A program made the translations under genes and the position numbers. From Naegleria gruberi (lineage: Eukaryota), in NCBI GenBank assembly GCA_000004985.1, contig GG738910.1: DNA of 64,000 bases; one strand, given 5' to 3'. Shown piece after piece: positions 54,933-64,000 of this stretch; the stretch's first letter is position 1; the number at the start of each line of letters is the position of its first letter. The notes beneath the pieces are model-generated. The model ran no database searches, was not told where the DNA came from, and worked only from the letters and a program-made list of their open reading frames with translations.

Positions 54933-56333
54933 ATGAACAAATATTCCATTCTTAGGTTGACAATGCTGGTCTTGATAGCCTCATCATTAATCGGAGGAAT
55001 ATACTTTACCTTGATAAAAAGTCAAAGGAGTATTTCATTGGAAATATTCAAGCCTAAAAAGAAGACTTTTGAAACTATTGTCCAAAAGGAAGAAATCAAC
55101 AATCAAACAAGAACCATCATTGTTGAAAAAGTTGTTGAGAAGGTTATTGAAAAAGTAGTAGAGAAAAAAGCACATGTTTGTGATCTTAATTTCCTCATCA
55201 TCTCTGCTCCTAGAGCCAATACGGGTTCCACAAGATTTGCCTATTTGGAGAGAACAGTTAAAAGTATTGTCGATTTACAAGGTGCTCTATTAGATATTTG
55301 TGTCTTTGTATTTAACACTGATGGTGAATCGGTAAGAGAGGAAATTACTAAGGCTGCAAACGTCAGTGAAAAGGTTACTATATTTACACGAAAACACCAA
55401 CATAATTTATATACAAATGCTTTTCATGACGCACCAAAAAAGAGGAAACAATCCAATGACTTTTACGACATGATCAAAACATTTAATGATATGCCAACAG
55501 ATGGTCCTGTTATTTTGATGGAGGATGATTTTGTATTTTGTCCAAATGCTCTCAGTCACATCGTTTCTATTTTTACAAATGTTAAACAGAAGAATTGGTC
55601 TGGATTGAGATTTTCATTTGGATTGAATGGTGTAATTGTGCTCAAAACTGATTTGGTTGGAATTTTAAAATATATGGAATTGAGTAGAAGTAGATCATTC
55701 CCAGTAGATTGGTTATTGGAAGAACTCTTCCACAAAACAGTTCCATTCGGAAAGGAATATTTCAAAGATAGAGTTTTCTACACTTATAGATATCAATTAA
55801 TGGAACACATAGGTGTTGCAACCTCAGTTGGTAATTATAGAAGCGCTGAATTCAATAATATTGATTTTCCTCATTGTTATGAATCTCAAACGCAATCAAG
55901 ATTGATGATTCCATTCAATATGGCCCAATGCCCGACGTCATTATTCTATCCTTGTGAAGAAGAGCCTCCAAGAACATCCAATGATTTTGCTCATGATACA
56001 AAAGAAGGTGAAATACTTCCCCCAACCAATACTCATGGTATAACTGAGCTCCACAATCTAAAAGCAATTCTCTGTGAAAAAGGAGAGAATTGTGATACTT
56101 GTTGCTCAAGGAATAACGCAACTTGTGATGGCCTATTCTTCCCTTACATCAATAGGTGTGATGAAATGAGAAAACATTATCCTGATTGTAAATGTGCGTA
56201 TGAACTTGCTGATGAATCAAGATCTCCAAACTTTGATGGTGAGCTTTGTGTAATCGGAAATAGAAGATCTCGTTTCAGATGTGGAAATTCATATAGAACT
56301 GAAAGAAGACTTTGTCCTTGTAAGCCTAAATAA
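54933..56333 (+). CDS. GT54 (MGAT4-like) type II membrane protein, paralog B (divergent from paralog A)
   Basis: TM anchor LTMLVLIASSLIGGIYFTLI; stem EKVVEKVIEKVVEKK. Catalytic blocks LNFLIISAPRANTGSTRFAYLERTVKSI, VILMEDDFVFCPNA, FPVDWLLEELFHKT, YRYQLMEHIGVATSVGN. About 55% identical to paralog A. Confidence 0.7.
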   Translation: MNKYSILRLTMLVLIASSLIGGIYFTLIKSQRSISLEIFKPKKKTFETIVQKEEINNQTRTIIVEKVVEKVIEKVVEKKAHVCDLNFLIISAPRANTGSTRFAYLERTVKSIVDLQGALLDICVFVFNTDGESVREEITKAANVSEKVTIFTRKHQHNLYTNAFHDAPKKRKQSNDFYDMIKTFNDMPTDGPVILMEDDFVFCPNALSHIVSIFTNVKQKNWSGLRFSFGLNGVIVLKTDLVGILKYMELSRSRSFPVDWLLEELFHKTVPFGKEYFKDRVFYTYRYQLMEHIGVATSVGNYRSAEFNNIDFPHCYESQTQSRLMIPFNMAQCPTSLFYPCEEEPPRTSNDFAHDTKEGEILPPTNTHGITELHNLKAILCEKGENCDTCCSRNNATCDGLFFPYINRCDEMRKHYPDCKCAYELADESRSPNFDGELCVIGNRRSRFRCGNSYRTERRLCPCKPK

Positions 56334-56406
56334 ACAAAATGATTGAAATTATGTTAATTGATGTAAAATTAGAGTTGAACTCCCAAATAAATTTATCTCA
56401 TAAATA

Positions 56407-58318
56407 CTATTCGTCGTACACATTAAACAAGAGCATAACACCACCTTCACCCACACAGATTAGTTGTCTGTCATCTGGTGAAAACCTTAAAGAGAAAATG
56501 AACTGTCCTTCTGTTGAGATTGTAGTGATTTTTTCGCATGTATCAACGTCAAAAACATGTATTGCCTCATCAGTTCCAAAAATTACAAACATACTATCTG
56601 AAGTATTGGTTTTGGCAATACATTTAGGTTCAAACTTCTTGCTGTAAGGAACGATTCGTGTTGGGCTATCTGATGAAATAGTCCAAAAGGTAATGTATCT
56701 ATCAGATCCAATACTGATAATGGTTTCATGATCTTTACAAACGACGAATCCATTAACAGATCCTACCTTCATATTAAATGCTGCAACTCTTCTTTCATTC
56801 CTTAAATCGTAACAGAAAATCTCTCTATCTTTGCTGCTGGAGAATACATGAACATCATCTTCAAGAATTTGTAAACATGTAACCATGGTTGTGTGTTCCT
56901 TAAAGGAACAAACCAATTGTCTCGTTTTCATCGCATAAACTCTAACATCTCCTTCCTGCCCAGCAGACACAAAGAACTTGTTGTTGAAACTTGTATCAAT
57001 TTTTGTAACTGCATTTCTATGAGCATTTGCAAGAGTCCACAATTGCTCTCCAGTTTCACAATCTACTGCTCTAATTGATCCATCACTCCAACCAGTTAAC
57101 AAAATTGAAATATCATCTTTGATGAATGAACATGAAACAGGGAAGGCAGAAGTTCCCTTCAAGATTTCTCCTTGAGTGAATTTACATTCGGTTTCTGGTA
57201 AATACGAGGATAAATCCCAATAAATAACCTCACATGCCGAAGAAATAGTGGCACATTTATCACTCAACCCATCTGGAAAATCAACAGCATACACATCCTT
57301 AGAATGGTTTCTGGCCACTAGAGAAACATCCAGCTTATCCATTGAAGATTTAATTATTTCGCCACCATCTGTTCCGATCAACATAAATTCACTCTGAAAG
57401 GAACTAATTGTTACCACTCCACCCCTACTTGAAATCTTTTGTTTCTTTAGTATATTTTGTCCATCAAATAGAGTAACAGTTCCATCCCCACCTCCAGCAA
57501 TTATATTTCCATTCGATGTATCGATACTCAAAGATAGGACACCTGCTGAGCAAATCTTAATTGGGGCAGATTGCAATTTTTTCAATCTAGTATGAATGAA
57601 TGATAAATCACCAGATGTACTACCAGAATATAAGAACTCTCCCATCTTATCGAATTGCATACAGGTATAGTCTCTAACGTATGCTCCTGTATTAACTTTT
57701 TCTTGTTCGAGAATTCCATTAAATGGATCCAAGCTCCATAAAATAATGGAACCTCCCGAGCATGTAGCTAGTTGATATCTATCAGTTTCTCTTTTCTTGA
57801 TATCACGGACCATTCCTCCGAAACAAACTATAACCTTATCTGTTTGTTTTGGTAAGGAGGCACTAGCAACAACATTTCCAGTTTGAACACTCCAAATCAA
57901 TAATCTTCTGTCTGTAGCATTACCAACTGTTGCGATTAGTTTCTTTTATCTTAAGAAATCATCGGAAATAAAGGTAACTTACATCGTCATGAGAAAATGC
58001 ACATGCTCCAACAGATTGTTCGTGTTCAGCCAATCTATGAACCAGCTGTAAACTTTGAGCGTCCCACAAGCAACAGTCTGCATTTTCTCCTTTTTGGCCT
58101 GTTGCAATCACTTGACCGTTATTTGAGATGGCCAAACAGGTTAGTGTGTCATCATGTCCTCTTAAAAATTGTTGAGCGTTAGGATCATTGCTATCATTAA
58201 TCACAGCAACACAGCCAGAAATAAAAATGTACGTGTTTGAGGACTTCGGGTGTTGTATCACTGACTGAGAAATCATTGAAGAAAACCCAATGGCATGTTC
58301 TAGTTCTATTGTTGTCAT
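56407..58318 (-). CDS. CFAP52: CFAP52 / WDR16 homolog (WD40-repeat flagellar protein), 2 exons (58318..~57983 and ~57942..56407)
   Basis: N-terminal exon MTTIELEHAIGFSSMISQSVIQHPKSSNTYIFISGCVAVINDSNDPNAQQFLRGHDDTLTCLAISNNGQVIATGQ is collinear with human CFAP52 as I recall it (LELDAVIGFNGHVPTG...QNFLQGHGNNVSCLAISRSGEYIASGQ). A 40-nt intron (GTAAGTTACC..ATAAAAG) joins in frame to KLIATVGNATDRRLLIWSVQTGN.. WD repeats continue to the C-terminus. Confidence 0.8.
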
Positions 58319-58491
58319 TTTTTTTTGTAGTTTGTGGCGCCAAAAACTCTGTAAGCAAAAATCATCAATCACAGTTTTAAATATTAAATCTTTTAAATTA
58401 CTTAAATCAAAAAAAAATGACAACATCCGAAGACAGATACCGTTCCTTTGAGTAAGTGTTAAGTTCCGATACTAGTTGAACAATAACATTT

Positions 58492-59535
58492 GTGGATAAC
58501 ATTAGTTTTTCTGGTAATCAAAGTTGGCGGGAATATTTCAACAATTTAGAAATAGCTGATGGAAATTACATGTCTAGCACTGTATTGGACAAATTCAAGA
58601 GGAAGTGGTATAACAAGAATGTAGAACCAATTTCATTGACTCCTGTTGCTGGAAGTAACACAACAAACAATAGTAATACAACAACAGGTTCCACCAATGC
58701 TAATAGCAATGCAGGAACAAATAATAACACAAGCACTGAAAGAAACCAAAGCAATTCTACTGCCGTTAGTCTTTTTAACAAATTCCATCCTCAAATTTAT
58801 ACAGCCATTTGTACTTCAATCATTGTATTTGGTATTCTTGGTATCATTTCAGTTTTATTTTGTCCAACTTGTCAACCACAAGTGCAACCAAGCCCACAAA
58901 GTATTCCTGATGAATTTGATGATAGTGATGTAATTCCACCAGTCCAAGTGGAGCCAAATCAAATCTCTCCATTCATGTCAATTTGTCTTCTTGGATATAC
59001 TGCCAGTATTTTATTATCTATTATCATTTTTGGAATTGAGTTTATTAGAAAGCATGGTTGGAAGAAATATTCATATATTATGTTTGATGAAGATGGTCAA
59101 TATTTGTTTATCAGCATTTTGTTTCTACTCTCAGGAAAGTCAGCTGTCTTTGTTCTGTTGTTAATTCTATCTGCCATTGTTAGATTACTTCCTAATCTGG
59201 CTATCATTACCAATAATCATCCAAAGATTATTGAGATACAACAAAAGATTTATTCTTATGATTTGGGTGACAAGTTTGCTAGATTTGAATTATTCTTATT
59301 ATTCAACGAAGTATTAAGCTTTTCTATTTTGAGAATGATTGTTGTTATCAACTTTATCTGCCATCGTTATTTGGTTTTTGCTCAACTAAGAAACTATATT
59401 ATGACCATCAATCATGTTATCGATCAATACGTACCAGGAATGCTCAGAAATGTTTACACAAAGGCTTGCTATTATTTGAATCAATATGTTACCTCACTTT
59501 CACAAAGAAAATTACAAGTCGAGCAAGGTCAATAA
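58492..59535 (+). CDS. Hypothetical multi-pass membrane protein (4-6 TM helices), Asn/Thr-rich N-terminus
   Basis: Hydrophobic helices IYTAICTSIIVFGILGIISVLF, ISPFMSICLLGYTASILLSIIIFGI, YLFISILFLLSGKSAVFVLLLILSAIV, LFLLFNEVLSFSILRMIVVINFI. The real start may be the internal Met (MSSTVLDKFKRKW). Family unknown. Confidence 0.45.
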   Translation: MDNISFSGNQSWREYFNNLEIADGNYMSSTVLDKFKRKWYNKNVEPISLTPVAGSNTTNNSNTTTGSTNANSNAGTNNNTSTERNQSNSTAVSLFNKFHPQIYTAICTSIIVFGILGIISVLFCPTCQPQVQPSPQSIPDEFDDSDVIPPVQVEPNQISPFMSICLLGYTASILLSIIIFGIEFIRKHGWKKYSYIMFDEDGQYLFISILFLLSGKSAVFVLLLILSAIVRLLPNLAIITNNHPKIIEIQQKIYSYDLGDKFARFELFLLFNEVLSFSILRMIVVINFICHRYLVFAQLRNYIMTINHVIDQYVPGMLRNVYTKACYYLNQYVTSLSQRKLQVEQGQ

Positions 59536-59554
59536 AATTTAAATACTGTTTTAT

Positions 59555-60997
59555 TTACTTATTGGATGGTTTTGGATCTGGATAGCACATATCCTCGGCT
59601 CTTACGTGTTTATCGAAATCTTCACCACTAAGTAAATTGAGGTCCAAACAAGCTTGCTTCAAGCTGATATTTTCTTGGTAGGCCTTCTTTGCAACCTTAG
59701 CAGCATTATCATAACCAATAATTGGGTTCAAGGCAGTTACCAACATTAAGGAGTTTTGGACATATTCCTTAATCTTTGGTTCGTTAGCTTGCAATCCATC
59801 AATACAATGTTCGGCGAATGATTCACATGCATCAGCAATCAAACGTCCAGATTGGAGAACTGAATTAACAACTTGAGGTCTGAAAACGTTCAATTGGAAG
59901 TGACCATTTGATGAACCAATAGTAACACCAACATGATTACCCATAACTTGAGCACATACCATTGTCACTGCTTCTGGTTGAGTTGGGTTGACCTTACCAG
60001 GCATAATTGAAGATCCAGGTTCATTAGATGGTAAAATAAGTTCTCCTAAGCCACATCTTGGACCACTTCCCAACATTCTTACATCATTAGCAATTTTCAT
60101 TAAAAGTGTAGCACAATTGTTATAGGCGCCACTCAAGGAAACTAAGGCATCATTACCACTGAGAGCCATAAACTTGTTATCGGCATCTTTGAAAGGCAAA
60201 CTTGTCAATACTGATAATTCCTTAGAAACATCAGCTCCAAAGCATTCACGAGTATTCAATCCAGTTCCGACAGCAGTACCACCAATAGCCAATTCGTATA
60301 CTCTTTCCAATGATTTTTCAATGCAGTGAACTGCAAAATCTAATTGAGAAACAAATGCTGAAAATTCTTGTCCCATTGTTAATGGGGTTGCGTCCATGGT
60401 GTGAGTTCTGCCAATCTTAACAATATGTGCAAATTCCTGTCTCTTTTTTTCAAAAGCTTCACGTAATCTCTTCAACATTGGAATAACACGTTCAGTAGCT
60501 TGAATGGCACAAGCAATATGCATAGCTGTTGGGAAGGTATCGTTACTGGATTGTCCTCTATTTACATGATCATTTGGATGGACTGATTTACTACCCAATT
60601 GACCTCCTATTAATTCAATGCAACGATTAGAAATAACTTCATTAACATTCATATTTGTTTGTGTACCGGAACCAGTTTGGTAGATTTTCAATGGAAATTG
60701 AGAATCAAACTTCTTTTCATTAACAATTTCCGAAACAACTTTTTGAATTAATTCTGCAATTTTACCATCCAAATCTCCATATTCAGCATTTACTTTAGCA
60801 CAAGCTCCTTTCAATAAAGCCAAAGCGTAAATAATTTCGATAGGCATACGTTCTCTTTCCCCTCCTATTTTAAAGTTTTCAATGGAACGTTGAGTTTGAG
60901 CTCCCCAATAAGCATCGGAAGGAACTTCAATTGCTCCCATAGAATCCTTTTCGATACGATATTGTTGTTCAGTGCTCTTAATGAAGGTGATTAACAT
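59555..60997 (-). CDS. FH: Fumarate hydratase, class II (fumarase C)
   Basis: Full-length class II fumarase, collinear with human FH and bacterial FumC. Signature [14 protein letters not shown]-terminal [14 protein letters not shown] aligns with the mature N-terminus of mitochondrial fumarase. Also present: [17 protein letters not shown] and [10 protein letters not shown]. Confidence 0.9.
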   Translation of the reverse strand: MLITFIKSTEQQYRIEKDSMGAIEVPSDAYWGAQTQRSIENFKIGGERERMPIEIIYALALLKGACAKVNAEYGDLDGKIAELIQKVVSEIVNEKKFDSQFPLKIYQTGSGTQTNMNVNEVISNRCIELIGGQLGSKSVHPNDHVNRGQSSNDTFPTAMHIACAIQATERVIPMLKRLREAFEKKRQEFAHIVKIGRTHTMDATPLTMGQEFSAFVSQLDFAVHCIEKSLERVYELAIGGTAVGTGLNTRECFGADVSKELSVLTSLPFKDADNKFMALSGNDALVSLSGAYNNCATLLMKIANDVRMLGSGPRCGLGELILPSNEPGSSIMPGKVNPTQPEAVTMVCAQVMGNHVGVTIGSSNGHFQLNVFRPQVVNSVLQSGRLIADACESFAEHCIDGLQANEPKIKEYVQNSLMLVTALNPIIGYDNAAKVAKKAYQENISLKQACLDLNLLSGEDFDKHVRAEDMCYPDPKPSNK

Positions 60998-61317
60998 TCA
61001 AAGATTTAAACCTACCATTTTGTTTGTGGTTGTATGGAATGTATTATTCTTGTTTTTTTGGATTTGTGCCATCTGTGGGGACCAAAAATAGTCTTGTAAG
61101 AAAAACTGGTTTCCTGCATTTCGTGAACACTTTTGGAAAATTTTGAATTGCAATTTGGCCACTTTCATATTGCAATTAATTTTGTTTTTAAATTGTTAAT
61201 GAATGGAAACTTCGCTTAGCATATCCTTCACATTTCTCTATTAAGAAATTGAAAAGAAAAGTCAAATAGATAATTAATATTTTTTTCATCACAAATTTTA
61301 ATAAAATTAAAAAAATA

Positions 61318-61738
61318 ATGTCCCTCTCTCAAGCCCTTTCACAAAGAGTTTTCAAGTTGTACAGAAGAGCACTCAGAGAAATTTCCTATAGTGCCGAACG
61401 GGATGTATTTTCAATTGAAGCAAGAAAGATTAGAGATGAATTCGAAAAACACAAAGGAGAACAAGACTCATCAAAAGTAGAATTCCTTTTGCAAAGAGGT
61501 GAATACTGGGTTGAAGAATATACTCATCCAGACCCATATCACGTACCAGACAAAGAAGGTGGTTGTGCTTTTATGAGATATCCAGAACTTGATAAGGAGG
61601 TTTGTATTACGAAAATTAAATCATCACACATAATTTTAAAACGGCATCACCTCATCAATATTTTATTTTAATTAGTTTTTGAAGAGACATTCTTCCATAA
61701 CACAAACTGGCAAGACTTACACTTACGAGGGAATGTAA
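61318..61738 (+). CDS. NDUFB9: NADH dehydrogenase [ubiquinone] 1 beta subcomplex subunit 9 (NDUFB9/B22, LYR family), probably 2 exons (61318..61599, ~61676..61738)
   Basis: LYR motif KLYRRALREI. Collinearity with the NDUFB9 family pattern: RDVF..EARKIRDEFEKHK, LLQRGEYWVEEYTHPDPYHVPDKEGGCAFMRYPELDKE. A putative GTTTGT..TTAATTAG intron adds FLKRHSSITQTGKTYTYEGM. The 3' exon is tentative. Confidence 0.65.
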
Positions 61739-61887
61739 AATCTAAATTACCAAACATTAATATTATTTTAATATCTTGATAATAATAATCTGGCATGTAC
61801 TCCGAGTTGACCTTCTTTGTAACTGAAGGCGGTTTTAAAAAATAATAAAGAAAAAATACCAAAACATCTACCTTCTTCTTTTAAAAA

Positions 61888-62878
61888 ATGGCAGACTTGG
61901 ATAAATGTATTGAACAATTACATAGAGGGGAACATCTTTCAGAAGCAGACGTAAAGAAAATCTGCAGTATGGTACGTAACAATATTTTCCATCACGTACT
62001 TATTGTTGTACTAATTATCATTTTACTTTTGGACACAGGCCAAAGAATACTTTTCGCAAGTAAAAAATGTGATCTGTGTAGAATCACCTGTGACAGTATG
62101 CGGAGATATCCACGGTCAATTCTTTGATTTGATTGAGTTATTCAAGATTGGTGGCGAATCACCGAATACAAATTACTTGTTTTTGGGAGACTATGTAGAC
62201 AGAGGATATCACAGCGTAGAGGTTGTTACTCTTTTACTCTGTCTTAAATTAAGATACAAAAATCGTCTTCACATGTTGAGAGGAAATCACGAAAGCAGAC
62301 AAATAACACAAGTTTACGGATTCTACGATGAATGTGTGAGGAAATATGGAAGTGAATCTGTTTGGAAAATGTTAACAGATGTTTTTGATTATTTACCACT
62401 TGCAGCTGAAATCGATAAGCAAATTTTCTGTGTCCATGGTGGTCTTTCTCCTTCAATAGACTCTCTTGATCATATTCGTACTTTGGATAGAGTACAAGAA
62501 ATTCCACTTGATGGTCCAATGTGCGATTTGATGTGGTCTGACCCAGACGAACGAAGCAGTTGGGGAATTTCTCCAAGAGGTGCTGGCTATACATTCGGTC
62601 AAGATGTCAGCGAACAATTCAATCACAATAACGATTTAACAATGGTGGCTCGTGCTCACCAATTGGTTATGGAAGGTTACAATTGGTGTCATGATGGTAA
62701 TGTTGTTACCATCTTTTCAGCTCCAAATTATTGTTATAGATGTGGTAATAAGGCTGCCATTATGGAAGTCGATGACCTTTTGAACTGTAGTTTCCTTCAA
62801 TTCGATCCAGCTCCTCGTTCCGAGAATAGTACAACATCAGGAGGACAAAAGAAGATCACTCCAGAATACTTTTTGTAA
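61888..62878 (+). CDS. Serine/threonine protein phosphatase catalytic subunit, PP2A/PP4/PP6 clade (PPP family), 2 exons: 61888..61971 and 62039..62878
   Basis: A 67-nt intron (GTACGT..ACACAG) joins [28 protein letters not shown] to [31 protein letters not shown]. Full PPP catalytic core ([27 protein letters not shown]). C-terminal TPEYFL tail matches the PP2A-type methyl-accepting DYFL end. Confidence 0.9.
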
Positions 62879-62979
62879 ATATAGGCATTATGCCCTCTAG
62901 ATTGAAGCATGTAATATTCCAAATAAAAGTTTAATAATTTCAAATTTTATCACATCTAAAACAATGATGATGGTAGTAA

Positions 62980-63596
62980 TAATCTTGATTCATCAACTCC
63001 TTTTTCACAAAGACTCCAGTTATACTTCCCAACCTCATACAGTCCAACTCATTAATTGAATCTTCTCCATGTTGTATCAAGCTTAAGTGAGTGCCAAATT
63101 TTCAGCTATTTCCAAAAATCTCAATGTATCTTAAGCATTCTTTCACTCACATGGAAGAAATCTGAATAAAAATCTAAAACAATATCACAAGCTTGTTGAC
63201 TTGACATCTTACCAGGATAAACAAGCTTGGAGATGAAAAATCAAAGCCGAAAAAAGATCTCAGATTTGGTTCAACATTCAAATGGATATCTCAGCACTTT
63301 TGCCTTTTTCTTTGAACTTTGTTCGAATGTTTCATCATTGGCTACATTCCATGCCCAGTCTTTGGTCTTCTCTTTCTTGGTTTATTGCTAGTTATTGAGG
63401 GCCTCTCAATAATCTGATTTGAAAGTGATGGCTTAGGAGTAACAATTCCGATACTACTTTTTTGGTATGTTTTCACTTCATTTGATAGCTTACTTGGATC
63501 AGTGTTACTCACGTGAAAGCGGAACACAATAACATTAAAAAACAATGAGAGACAGAGAAGGCCAGTAAGCAGTTTTATCACCAACAAGTTGTTCAT
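62980..63596 (-). pseudogene. Frameshifted 5' fragment of a GT54-like type II glycosyltransferase paralog (related to 7697..9103)
   Basis: ORF 63342..63596 MNNLLVIKLLTGLLCLSLFFNVIVF.. shares its signal anchor (LLCLSLF) and stem with the 7697..9103 protein. Homology continues in the +1 frame (WNVANDETFEQSSKKKAKVLRYPFE versus GNVGNDEILKQSRERKVRAASNPLI) and then ends in stops. No downstream catalytic-domain ORF exists. Confidence 0.45.
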
Positions 63597-63736
63597 TTTT
63601 GTTCAATTTAATTAATTTTATTGCTACAAACAAGGCGTGAATAGTTAAATCACCCAAAACAAGTGAAGATCACCAGACATGGTCTTCTTTTCTTACCGCT
63701 CAAATCCTTAACAAGTTCACTATTAATTTCTCAACA

Positions 63737-63761
63737 GATGTTCTCCATCGATCATGAACTC
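63737..63761 (+). repeat. Exact 25-nt element gatgttctccatcgatcatgaactc (copy 2), followed by a short ORF beginning MNS...
   Basis: Identical to 24266..24290. The embedded ATG (63754) opens the short ORF MNSDGLSIYRPNKT. It lies ~140 bp divergent from the GT54-like pseudogene start. Confidence 0.6.
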
Positions 63762-64000
63762 TGATGGATTATCTATTTACAGACCAAACAAAACTTGATT
63801 TTATAAATTAACAAACTTGTTGACAGTTGCAGGTTTTTTCTTGCAAATGTAAATGGTTGCTTGTATTCCTTTTCCTAAATCTCCAAGTGTTACTTTTTGT
63901 GTTGTGAATGTCCATCGATTTCTGGCATTTAATTGAGATTCCAGTAAGGCAAGTTCGATAGTTAGCAACAGTACAACTCCATCAGGCTTAACAATTCTTT

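Noticed and set aside
61668-61862. Minus-strand ORF 61668..61862
   Set aside because: It overlaps the inferred 3' exon of NDUFB9 on the other strand and has no recognisable features.
63754-63798. Short ORF MNSDGLSIYRPNKT starting inside the second 25-nt repeat copy
   Set aside because: Only 14 codons before a stop. It could be the first exon of a gene that runs off the window or a dead duplicate. Not callable as a CDS.
1-64000. Prokaryotic operon, phage or defence-island interpretation of the window
   Set aside because: The genes have spliceosomal introns and eukaryote-specific domains (RasGEF, TAF1, CFAP52, PP2A, ankyrin/U-box). There are long AT-rich intergenic spacers and no RBS-coupled gene arrays. 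The only bacterial-type gene (DUF1343) is flanked by eukaryotic genes.
1-64000. tRNA, rRNA and CRISPR search
   Set aside because: No cloverleaf-compatible segments with GTTCGA/TTCGAAT T-loop context were found, no rRNA-like blocks, and no direct-repeat/spacer arrays. Intergenic regions are simple AT-rich sequence.

Overview
This window is AT-rich eukaryotic nuclear DNA (roughly two-thirds A+T by eye), not a prokaryotic or viral locus. Most genes are single long ORFs. A few carry very short spliceosomal introns of about 33-67 nt with GTAAGT/GTAAGG/GTTTGT donors and YAG acceptors; I resolved several by hand (GDP-mannose dehydratase, PP2A-type phosphatase, NDUFB9, CFAP52, CCDC61, an LRR gene, a coiled-coil/IQ gene, RCC1, BAR-SH3).

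The gene content is: housekeeping genes (class II fumarase, PP2A-family phosphatase catalytic subunit, TAF1, complex-I LYR subunit NDUFB9, gamma-carbonic-anhydrase); signalling giants (a 1743-aa multi-TM PAS adenylate/guanylate cyclase, a 2145-aa RasGEF, a 1360-aa U-box/vWA/ankyrin protein); and flagellar/centriolar genes (CFAP52/WDR16, CCDC61/VFL3, a CEP72/LRRC36-like LRR protein). The flagellar genes plus the gamma-CA point to an aerobic, flagellated, intron-poor protist; a Naegleria-like heterolobosean or a flagellated amoebozoan is my guess only.

The most distinctive content is a concentration of Golgi-type type-II membrane glycosylation genes. These are GDP-mannose 4,6-dehydratase, two tandem GT10 alpha-1,3-fucosyltransferases, a head-to-head pair of GT54 (MGAT4-like) transferases 49 bp apart, a third GT54-like gene, a frameshifted GT54-like 5' fragment, two further type-II proteins, and a discoidin-domain lectin. 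Several of these share an (E-K-[IV]-[IV])n stem.

Other notable items are a signal-peptide-bearing DUF1343/NamZ-like protein (bacterial-type exo-muramidase family; candidate horizontal acquisition), an exact 25-nt element repeated at two gene starts, and degenerate retrotransposon pol remnants. No rRNA, tRNA or CRISPR was detected. Splice coordinates are hand-derived and may be off by 1-2 nt.
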